NCBI GenBank assembly: GCA_964021785.1 | Contig: CAXIAX010000004.1 | Location: 1,460-65,459, forward strand | Reading direction: 5' to 3' | DNA from: an uncultured Flavobacteriales bacterium | GTDB taxonomy: Bacteria; Bacteroidota; Bacteroidia; Flavobacteriales_D; CAJJDF01 | DNA length: 64,000 bases | Shown: piece by piece, positions 48,612 through 56,473 of the stretch | Layout: the number at the start of each line of letters is the position of its first letter | Position numbering within the stretch: the first letter of the stretch is position 1 | The notes under the pieces: model-generated | Database searches by the model: none | Told to the model about the DNA's origin: nothing | What the model saw: the letters and a program-made list of their open reading frames with translations, nothing else | Translations under genes and position numbers: made by a program

Positions 48612-48959
48612 ATGAGCGCATTATATTGGTCTACTACTTCAGTTATTTCTGTTTTTTTGTTGTTAAGTTCCTATAGTTACCTATTTATCAAACCTACCAT
48701 TGAAGGGATTAAATCATTAGGATTTCCTGATTTTTTTATCTTGCAGTTAGCCATATTAAAACTTGTTGCTGCAGTTATATTACTTGTTCCGTTTGCCTCT
48801 CTACAAATCAAAGAATGGGCATATGCTGGTGTAGCTTTCTTTTTGATAACGGCATTTGTAGCTCATTTAAAACATAAAGACTCTATTGCAATTATGATAC
48901 TTCTTATTATCCTTTTTGGAGTTCTAATAGTTTCTAATATTGAAATGAATAGAATCTAG
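48612..48959 (+). CDS. DoxX-like small membrane protein
   Basis: 115 aa, 4 TM helices, KEWAYAG...AHLKH pattern. 5 nt after the SDR stop. Confidence 0.5.
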   Translation: MSALYWSTTSVISVFLLLSSYSYLFIKPTIEGIKSLGFPDFFILQLAILKLVAAVILLVPFASLQIKEWAYAGVAFFLITAFVAHLKHKDSIAIMILLIILFGVLIVSNIEMNRI

Positions 48960-48992
48960 AAATAATTGAAATACTCATATAAATTTCAAAAC

Positions 48993-49027
48993 AAAAGCAC
49001 GAATTTAATCGATTCGTGCTTTTTTAT
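48993..49027 (+). terminator. Rho-independent terminator
   Basis: aaaagcacgaat-ttaatcg-attcgtgctttt followed by a T tract. Confidence 0.75.
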
Positions 49028-49212
49028 TTTTCTCCAAAAATAAGATTACAAACATTTTATCTTTTTTGAATTTACACCCAGAAATATCTATCTTAATTTA
49101 CACTGTTCATATCCTCTAATATCGGTTGATAAAAATTAGAGAATTCATCCACTCACACTTTTTTGTAATTCTAAAAGCTGTACCTTTATAGTCTAATAAA
49201 AGGTTCAAAAAA

Positions 49213-51057
49213 ATGGAAGACAACAAAATGATTACATACATAAAAGAAGTATTGAAAAACATGCCTGCAGGATGGTTGAGTACAACTACACATAGGCTTG
49301 ATATTTATAACGAATCATTGGCTAAAACTGAGTTTTTAGATCAATTTGAAAACTTATATAAAAACAATAACTCGGAAGAGAAAGCGCTTAACGGATTACC
49401 TACAGCATACGATTACATTAGACTGGGTCATCCATTGTCTTGTGTTTTGGAATGGGGAATTGCAAACTTGCAAAACCTAAAAGCAGAAAACGTAATCAGT
49501 TTTTCATCTAAAACTGTTCCTGTATTAGCTGTGCTTAGAAAAAATTTATTAGAAAATAAAAACACTCAAATAAATTACACGGGTGAGCTTCCGGCTTGCT
49601 TTGATGCAGAAGCTGTAAAAAATGTTTACGGTTACAATTTCGAGCTTAAACAAGTTAATTCTGCCGAAGATATTACCGACTTTGACGGGAGCACAATCTT
49701 CCTTTCACAACAAGAAACAATTGGTAGTTTAAACCTAAATAATAAAGTAGATTTTTACATCAATATCTATTCTCACCTTGGGAGTATTTTGATTATTAAT
49801 GGAGAACAAAACTCTCATTATGTTTCGGATATTCAACACGTGAGAAGAAGAGAAACAATTGCAATGACTCCTGCAAATTCTCTTACAGCATTGAATGCAC
49901 TAGTTGCTCAATCGGCAATTGAAAACGATACACATTCTATAGAAGCTGACAAAGCAAGTGTTGTAAATTCTATTAATACAATAACCAATACTACTACTAA
50001 GGCTTTAGTTGCCTCTAGTGGTCTTTCTATACAATATGCTATCTTAATGGGATTGGTAGATAATGCTATTGAAAACCATAAAGGAAAAGCAATAAAAATT
50101 ATTGTTCCTACCAATTGTTATGGTGGAACCAATGATCAAGCAAGAAGAGTTGCTGCCTGTTTGGATAATGTAGAAGTTGTAGATTTGGCTGTGGATGGCG
50201 ATAACGACATGGTACAAAGCATAAATACAGTATTGGCTAAAGTTGCCAAAGAAGATGCTGTTCCTTATATCATTGCAGAAATTCCAACAAACCCAAGAGT
50301 AGAGGTTCCTGATTTGATTCAATTGAAAGAGGCATTGAGCATGGTTCGTAAAACTGAATCAGGTGAAACTGCTGTAGATCCTGTTTTTATTCTTGACCAA
50401 ACATTTTGTCCAAACGTTCACTTTTTGGGTGACAATGACATTTTATCTGCTGTAAGAACAATTTCATTTGCTAGTGGATCTAAATTTCCAAGTGGAGGAA
50501 AATGTACTGCTGGTTATTGTGTAGGAAACAAAACAACCAATGCATTGATAGAAAAAATAGAAAAGCATTTAGCACTTTGTGATAATGAAGCTACTGCACT
50601 TCAATATGAAATATTGGCTAAACAAATGCCTTCTATGAACCAAAGAATAAGTGAAGCTTACACAAATACTCGTGATTTTGTAAACTTTATTCATGAGGCT
50701 TTACCTGGTGCAAAAATAAACTTTGTGTCCGAAGAATTAGCTCAGCAAGGATTCACTCCTTCGGTATTCTCATTGGATTTACCTACAAAAGGAGATACAG
50801 CTGAAGAAAAAGAAACTTATAAAAGAGAGTTAAATCACAGGTTGATAAACTTAATGATTACAGAGATACCTAACGAAAGTAAATACTGTGTGAGTTACGG
50901 ACAATTGAAAGGTTGTTACTGGACAATACCTGCTACTTCTACACAAGGAACAACTAAAGAAGGAGACAAAGATTATATTGCTCGTGTTGCTTTATCTGCC
51001 AATATGGATTTGGATTTACACAAAAAAGTATTCTTGAAATTTGTTGAAAGCATCTAA
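49213..51057 (+). CDS. Atypical 614-aa fold-type-I PLP enzyme (Cys/Met-metabolism family-like) with a degenerate N-terminal half-copy
   Basis: The C-terminal ~365 aa has the family landmarks in order: ALVASSGLSIQYA, NCYGGTND, AEIPTNPRVEVPDL, LDQTFCPN, SFASGSKFPSGG (putative PLP lysine). Residues ~60-110 repeat the family N-terminal pattern (YDYIRLGHP..LEWGIANL..ISFSS). Confidence 0.6.
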   Translation: MEDNKMITYIKEVLKNMPAGWLSTTTHRLDIYNESLAKTEFLDQFENLYKNNNSEEKALNGLPTAYDYIRLGHPLSCVLEWGIANLQNLKAENVISFSSKTVPVLAVLRKNLLENKNTQINYTGELPACFDAEAVKNVYGYNFELKQVNSAEDITDFDGSTIFLSQQETIGSLNLNNKVDFYINIYSHLGSILIINGEQNSHYVSDIQHVRRRETIAMTPANSLTALNALVAQSAIENDTHSIEADKASVVNSINTITNTTTKALVASSGLSIQYAILMGLVDNAIENHKGKAIKIIVPTNCYGGTNDQARRVAACLDNVEVVDLAVDGDNDMVQSINTVLAKVAKEDAVPYIIAEIPTNPRVEVPDLIQLKEALSMVRKTESGETAVDPVFILDQTFCPNVHFLGDNDILSAVRTISFASGSKFPSGGKCTAGYCVGNKTTNALIEKIEKHLALCDNEATALQYEILAKQMPSMNQRISEAYTNTRDFVNFIHEALPGAKINFVSEELAQQGFTPSVFSLDLPTKGDTAEEKETYKRELNHRLINLMITEIPNESKYCVSYGQLKGCYWTIPATSTQGTTKEGDKDYIARVALSANMDLDLHKKVFLKFVESI

Positions 51058-51110
51058 CTCTACTTTTCAAAAAAGAAACGGATTACTATACATTTAAATA
51101 AAAAGATACC

Positions 51111-51878
51111 ATGTTAATTTCAGAAGACCACGAATTAGAAGGAATGAAAAAAATTAGTGAAGTTGTTGCAACTACACTAAAGCAAATGAGAGAATATGCA
51201 AAAATTGGTATGTCTACCAAAGAAATAGATGATTTTGGAGCAGAAATACTAAAAAGCTACGGAGCAAAATCTGCCCCTTACGAAACGTATAAATTTCCTG
51301 GTTACACTTGTATATGCTTAAATGAGGAAGCTGCACACGGAATTCCTTCGGATAAAAAAATATTAAAAGAAGGTGATTTAATAAATATTGATGTTTCAGC
51401 AGAATTAAATGGATTTTGGTCGGATAATGGAGGTTCTTTTGTAATTGGAGAAGACATTCACAACCACTTACCATTAGTTAACGCTTCGAAAGAAATTCTG
51501 AAAAAAGCGATAAACAGTATCAAACACGGTATGAAGATTGCCGACTTGGGAGATATTATAGAAACTGAAGCCATTAAAAGAGGATACATGGTTATTGAAA
51601 ACTTGGCTGGTCACGGAGTTGGAAGAAGTTTACATGAAAAACCAGACCACATCCTAAACTACGCAGAAGATTCTAACAAGGAGAAATTCGAAAAAAATAC
51701 TACGGTTGCAATAGAAACTTTTATTTCTACAAAATCGGAACTTGCAGTAGAAAACAGCAATGACGGATGGACAATGGTAGGAAACAGAGGTGGATTTGTA
51801 ACTCAACACGAACACACAATTATGATTACAGAAGGTGCTCCAGTTATTTTGACTGCAGCAAACGATATCTGGAAATAA
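51111..51878 (+). CDS. map: Type I methionine aminopeptidase (peptidase M24A)
   Basis: 255 aa. All five metal ligands can be placed (D in NIDVS, D in WSDNGG, H in GHGVG, E in AIETF, E in QHEHT), plus the AAHGIP motif. Confidence 0.85.
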   Translation: MLISEDHELEGMKKISEVVATTLKQMREYAKIGMSTKEIDDFGAEILKSYGAKSAPYETYKFPGYTCICLNEEAAHGIPSDKKILKEGDLINIDVSAELNGFWSDNGGSFVIGEDIHNHLPLVNASKEILKKAINSIKHGMKIADLGDIIETEAIKRGYMVIENLAGHGVGRSLHEKPDHILNYAEDSNKEKFEKNTTVAIETFISTKSELAVENSNDGWTMVGNRGGFVTQHEHTIMITEGAPVILTAANDIWK

Positions 51879-51887
51879 AACTGTATT

Positions 51888-51926
51888 TTACGCAGGTTAA
51901 AACAAGTTGATTTTTAACTTGCGTAA
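51888..51926 (+). terminator. 15-bp hairpin after map (probable terminator, weak T tract)
   Basis: ttacgcaggttaaaa / ttttaacttgcgtaa with one G-U pair and a 9-nt loop. Confidence 0.5.
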
Positions 51927-51991
51927 AACATTGTTTTCTCATTTATTGAAAACAACTAAATGAGACTGAGTTGAAAAAATTGGGAAATAAT

Positions 51992-53428
51992 ATGGAAAGT
52001 TTTACTGTTTGTCTAGACTGCAAAGGAAGGGGCAAAAAAAGGCAAAAGCTCCGTAAAAAAGTTCGTATTAAATACAAACAAGATTTAGCCCAATTTGAAA
52101 ACTCGAATCACACAGGACCTATACCTGTAAAACCAAAAGGACATTTATTTTCATGCCCCACTTGCAGTGGATCAGGATTAATAAAATCGGAGAATACTCC
52201 CTTGCCCGACAAAGAAAACTATCCTCACATTGCTATAATTGGTGGTGGAATTGGCGGAGTTGCTCTTGCTGTAGCTTGTCTTCACAGAGAAATTCCTTAC
52301 ACCCTTTACGAACGAGATAGCGGATTTAATGCTAGGTCACAAGGCTACGGACTCACCCTACAACAAGCTAGTAAAGCGATAGAAGGATTTGGGATTTTTT
52401 CTCTAAAAGAAGGCGTGGTTTCTACCAGGCATTTGGTTCATACTACTGATGGAAAAATTATTGGAGAATGGGGAATGAGAAAATGGATAAAATCCGAAAC
52501 TACTAAATCGCCAAAACGAACCAATATACACATTGCAAGGCAATCTTTGCGCCTTGAATTACTTGAGCAACTTGGAGATAAAAATTCGATAAAATGGAAT
52601 CATCAATTGGTCGATTTCAAAGAAAATGAAGCAGGAACGGTTGATTTAAGTTTTGAGGTAGACGGAAAAATTATTCAAAACAAAGCCGATCTTGTAGTTG
52701 GTGCAGACGGAATTAGAAGCACAGTAAGAAAACTTCTAATTGGTGAAGAAACTACTCCCCTGCAATATTTAGGATGTATTGTAATTTTAGGGATTTGTCC
52801 GTTAGATAATTTAAAAAATGTAGAAAGTTCCTTGCTGGATTCTGCTACGGTTTTTCAGACGGTAAATGGCAAAGAACGAATTTATATGATGCCTTATGAT
52901 GCTAACTCTATCATGTGGCAACTTAGTTATCCAATTTCTGAGCAAGAAGCAAAAGCACTGAGCGAGAAAGGAACAGAATTCTTAAAAAAAGAAGCCATTC
53001 GCAGTACCCAATGGCACTCTCCTATCCCTCAAATTATTGCTGCAACCCAAGAATCGCAAATATCTGGTTATCCCGTATACGACCGTGAGTTACTTTCTCC
53101 AGCATTATTGAACCAAGCAAAAAGAGTAACCTTATTAGGTGATGCAGCACACCCAATGAGCCCCTTTAAAGGACAAGGAGCCAATCAGGCATTGTTGGAT
53201 GCACTTTCTCTTGCTAGAGGAATAAAGCAAGGATGTAGACCTAAATCCCAATGGCGAGAATCTGGAATTAGAAATACTGTATTGAACGAATTTGAACTGG
53301 AAATGCTTGAAAGAAGTGCCATAAAAGTAAAAGATTCTGCAGAGGCTGCACTGTTTTTACATTCGGAAACGGTATTGCGTGAAGCAAATGAACCAAGAGG
53401 GAGACATTTGAAAAGAAATAAAAAATAG
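51992..53428 (+). CDS. Class A FAD-dependent monooxygenase with an N-terminal double CxxCxGxG zinc-ribbon and a basic linker
   Basis: 478 aa from the ATG at 51992 (the track uses the TTG at 51971). CLDCKGRG ... CPTCSGSG, then GGGIGG (dinucleotide fold), GADGIRS and LLGDAAHPMSPFKGQGANQA motifs. Confidence 0.8.
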   Translation: MESFTVCLDCKGRGKKRQKLRKKVRIKYKQDLAQFENSNHTGPIPVKPKGHLFSCPTCSGSGLIKSENTPLPDKENYPHIAIIGGGIGGVALAVACLHREIPYTLYERDSGFNARSQGYGLTLQQASKAIEGFGIFSLKEGVVSTRHLVHTTDGKIIGEWGMRKWIKSETTKSPKRTNIHIARQSLRLELLEQLGDKNSIKWNHQLVDFKENEAGTVDLSFEVDGKIIQNKADLVVGADGIRSTVRKLLIGEETTPLQYLGCIVILGICPLDNLKNVESSLLDSATVFQTVNGKERIYMMPYDANSIMWQLSYPISEQEAKALSEKGTEFLKKEAIRSTQWHSPIPQIIAATQESQISGYPVYDRELLSPALLNQAKRVTLLGDAAHPMSPFKGQGANQALLDALSLARGIKQGCRPKSQWRESGIRNTVLNEFELEMLERSAIKVKDSAEAALFLHSETVLREANEPRGRHLKRNKK

Positions 53429-53474
53429 TACTTTTACACGGATTAAAAACGAAAAAAAAACCTACTACCCTTAC

Positions 53475-54041
53475 ATGCAAATAGCGGATTACATAAGATC
53501 AAGAGTCGATTTTCCTGAGGAAGAATTAAAAGACATTATGTCTTATTTTCGCAAAGAAACTATTGCTAAGAACACGGTAATGCTGAATGAAGGAAGTATT
53601 TGCCAAAAATTATATTTCCTTGAAAAAGGAGTTGGTAGAAGTTATTATTTGAATAAAAATGGAAAATACGTGACCCAATGGTTTTTTGGTGAAGGAAATT
53701 TCATGACTAGTTTAGAAAGTTTTTTTCAAGAAAGTCCGAGCCTTAGTTTTATGGAAACTTTAGAAGATTCTGTGGTGTATTCCATTACTAAAGAAAATAT
53801 AGATTATTTGTTTGAGAAATACCATAAGATGGAAAAATTTGGTAGAATAATATCTATCGATATGACAACCAAAATAAGTAATAAACTAAATGCCATTCAG
53901 TTTCAAACGGCTAGTGATCGATACAACTATATGCTCAAAGAATTCCCTAATATTTCTATGAGGGTGCCCTTGGGAGATATAGCTTCTTACCTTGGAATTA
54001 CCCAAGAAACATTAAGCCGAATTAGAAAAAAACACTATTAA
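53475..54041 (+). CDS. Crp/Fnr-family transcriptional regulator
   Basis: 188 aa. cNMP-binding-like beta-barrel and C-terminal HTH (IASYLGITQETLSRIR). Confidence 0.85.
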   Translation: MQIADYIRSRVDFPEEELKDIMSYFRKETIAKNTVMLNEGSICQKLYFLEKGVGRSYYLNKNGKYVTQWFFGEGNFMTSLESFFQESPSLSFMETLEDSVVYSITKENIDYLFEKYHKMEKFGRIISIDMTTKISNKLNAIQFQTASDRYNYMLKEFPNISMRVPLGDIASYLGITQETLSRIRKKHY

Positions 54042-54087
54042 TTTTCATTTTTTGATATAGGTCAAAAATAACCACATTTTACCGATA

Positions 54088-54122
54088 TACATTTGTATTG
54101 TAATAAAACAAGCAATACAAAT
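54088..54122. promoter_or_regulatory. -7 box TAcaTTTG plus a 10-bp inverted repeat spanning to the TolC start codon
   Basis: TAcaTTTG at 54088-54095. Arms atttgtattg (54091-54100) and caatacaaat (54113-54122), the latter containing the A and T of the ATG. Confidence 0.45.
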
Positions 54123-55488
54123 GAAAACAATATACAACAGTATCTTATTTATAATAATAGGAATACTGACACCAATTCTTACTCAAGCTCAAGAATTGGA
54201 TCCCGCTTTAAAAGATTTAATTAATAAAGGAATTTCAAAAAACCATGAGGTAAAAAGGATTGATTTTGAATCGGACCAAGCCAAAATAGATCAAAATCTT
54301 GCTAAGTCAGTTTTCATTCCAAAAATAACTCTGAACGCTAGTTACACAAGACTCAATGACGATATCAAATTTGACGACAATACGCAGACTCTTTTAACAG
54401 GAACTCAAAAATTATTGATAAAAGAATATGCTGGAGTTCCATTTAATGTCCCCCTACCCGCTTCGGTTCCTTTGCAAGATGTTCCTAATATTCAAGATAA
54501 GAATATTCTAAAATCATCAGCAGATTTAAATTGGGTTCTATTTAGTGGATTTGAGGCCTACAATGCACTTGAGGCAAGTAAACACAAGCAAGCTTCTATT
54601 GATTATAAAGGAGAAATAGAGAAAGACAAAGTTGCTTTAACAATTATAGAAATATATGATAAACTAGCACTTTTAGCTAACTCTAGCAAAGTATTATTGT
54701 CTTCGGAAAAGTATTTGAAAAAACAAGAGGAATATGTACTAAAAGCTATAGAAAACGGACTTGCCACTCCTCTAGACAGAAAAAAAATAGAGATTGCTAA
54801 ACAACAACTTATTGGTAAGCAATTGCAGTTTAAGAACAACAGAACTCTACTAATAGAAGTGTTACACCAACTAACAGGAGAGAACAAAGAGGTTTTAAAT
54901 TCTATCGATTACAAACTTCAAACTTTCACTAATTCTACCACAAACGAAGCACAAATTAGAAACGAGATTAAGGCCTTGAAAGAAGCCGAAAAGGCAACTT
55001 TTTACAAAGCCAAAATGGAAAGAAATAATTTTATTCCTAAAGTAGCTTTGCAAGGTCATTACGAATTTATTGATCAAAATCTTTCTTTGCTTGATCCCAA
55101 ATGGTATGTGGGAGTTGGAGTAAAATGGAATGTTTTCAATGGTTTTGAATCTCAATTGAAAAGTAACAAAACAAAAATTGATGCCTACAGATATCAAGAG
55201 CAAATAAAAGAAACAGAAGAATTGATTGCGCTTAGTATTATAAAAAGCCAATTGAATTACGAGACTACGATACAAAACACCTTGATAGTTCAAAAAGAAA
55301 TAGAGCTATCAGACGAAACTTACGAACTAACCACAAAACAATACAAAAACGGATTGTCATCCATCAATGAGGTGCTAGATGCTTTGAACAATTTGGAGAA
55401 AGCCAATTTCAAAATTCAAACCTCTTATTTTAATGAACGTAGAGCTTTTATAGACCTACTTCATGCTAAAGGAATTTTCAATTATTAA
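54121..55488 (+). CDS. TolC-family outer-membrane efflux protein
   Basis: 455 aa. Signal peptide and two OEP repeats. Confidence 0.85.
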   Translation: MKTIYNSILFIIIGILTPILTQAQELDPALKDLINKGISKNHEVKRIDFESDQAKIDQNLAKSVFIPKITLNASYTRLNDDIKFDDNTQTLLTGTQKLLIKEYAGVPFNVPLPASVPLQDVPNIQDKNILKSSADLNWVLFSGFEAYNALEASKHKQASIDYKGEIEKDKVALTIIEIYDKLALLANSSKVLLSSEKYLKKQEEYVLKAIENGLATPLDRKKIEIAKQQLIGKQLQFKNNRTLLIEVLHQLTGENKEVLNSIDYKLQTFTNSTTNEAQIRNEIKALKEAEKATFYKAKMERNNFIPKVALQGHYEFIDQNLSLLDPKWYVGVGVKWNVFNGFESQLKSNKTKIDAYRYQEQIKETEELIALSIIKSQLNYETTIQNTLIVQKEIELSDETYELTTKQYKNGLSSINEVLDALNNLEKANFKIQTSYFNERRAFIDLLHAKGIFNY

Positions 55489-55503
55489 AACAAAAAAATC
55501 AAA

Positions 55504-56469
55504 ATGAAATTAATACAAACTCTATTCTTAGGAAGTTTCCTTGCAATTACTTTAGTCTCTTGCAGTGGTTCATCTAACGATACAATAACGGCTTACCGTG
55601 GTAAAGTGAAATTTGAAACTATATCGGTAAGTAGCAAACTTGGAGGAAGAATTCAAAAACTGTACATAAATGAAGGTGATAAAGTAAGCAAAGGAGATAC
55701 TTTGGCTTGGATTTACATTCCCGAAGTAGATGCAAAAATGGCCCAAGTAGAAGGAGCAATTACTGCTGCAAAAGGACAATTAAATATGGCCAATAATGGA
55801 GCTACTAAAGAACAATTGGCACAAATAACTGGAAAATTAAATGCTAGTGAAGCTCAATTGAAGTATGCCGAAAAATCATTTGAAAGAGTAAAAGCAATGT
55901 ACCAAGACTCATTGATAAGCAAACAAAAATATGATGAAGTAGAAATGAAATTATCTATGGCAAGAGCACAAGTAAATGCGGTTGAAGCCAAAAAAAATGA
56001 AGTGCTAAAAGGTGCAAGAGTGGAACAAATAGACCAAGCACAAGGAATGTTAAACAGAGCACTAGGTTCTGAACAAGAAGTAATTGCAGCTTCACAAGAA
56101 AAATACCTGCTTGCTCCTGCAGATATGTCTATAGAAACTGTGAGCCTTAAAGAAGGTGAATTATTAACCCCAGGATATACTTTGATAAACGGATATAAAA
56201 AAGACGAAATTTATTTTAGATTTACTATTCCAGAATCTAAAATTTATGAATTTGAATCGGGGCAAAATTTAACTCTTGTAAATCCTTATACAAAGAAAGA
56301 AACAGAGGCTAAAATTGCAACTATAAAGCAACTTACAAAATATGCCGACATCACAAGTTCTTCCCCTTTGTACAAATTATCCGAATCAATTTATGAGTTA
56401 AAAGTTGTTCCTACTAGTTCTATCTCAGATCAAGTTTTCTACATCAATTCTACCCTATTAATAAAATAA
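55504..56469 (+). CDS. HlyD-family periplasmic adaptor lipoprotein
   Basis: 321 aa. Lipobox LVSC, lipoyl-like hairpin (GDKVSKGDTLAWI), long coiled coil. Confidence 0.85.
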   Translation: MKLIQTLFLGSFLAITLVSCSGSSNDTITAYRGKVKFETISVSSKLGGRIQKLYINEGDKVSKGDTLAWIYIPEVDAKMAQVEGAITAAKGQLNMANNGATKEQLAQITGKLNASEAQLKYAEKSFERVKAMYQDSLISKQKYDEVEMKLSMARAQVNAVEAKKNEVLKGARVEQIDQAQGMLNRALGSEQEVIAASQEKYLLAPADMSIETVSLKEGELLTPGYTLINGYKKDEIYFRFTIPESKIYEFESGQNLTLVNPYTKKETEAKIATIKQLTKYADITSSSPLYKLSESIYELKVVPTSSISDQVFYINSTLLIK

Positions 56470-56473
56470 AAGT

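Noticed and set aside
49114-49141. Possible SAM or other riboswitch in the 253-bp leader of the PLP-enzyme gene (hairpin ctctaat..attagag)
   Set aside because: I see only a single 7-bp hairpin. I could not find the conserved SAM-I/SAM-II core sequences or a multi-stem junction. An Infernal scan would be needed to revive the idea.
51958-51970. 12-mer aaatgagactga shared between 51958-51970 and about 61919-61930
   Set aside because: It is a single short match in AT-rich DNA with no extended similarity on either side, consistent with chance.
54603-55293. Minus-strand ORFs of 94 and 132 aa inside the TolC-family gene
   Set aside because: They are shadow ORFs with no independent support.
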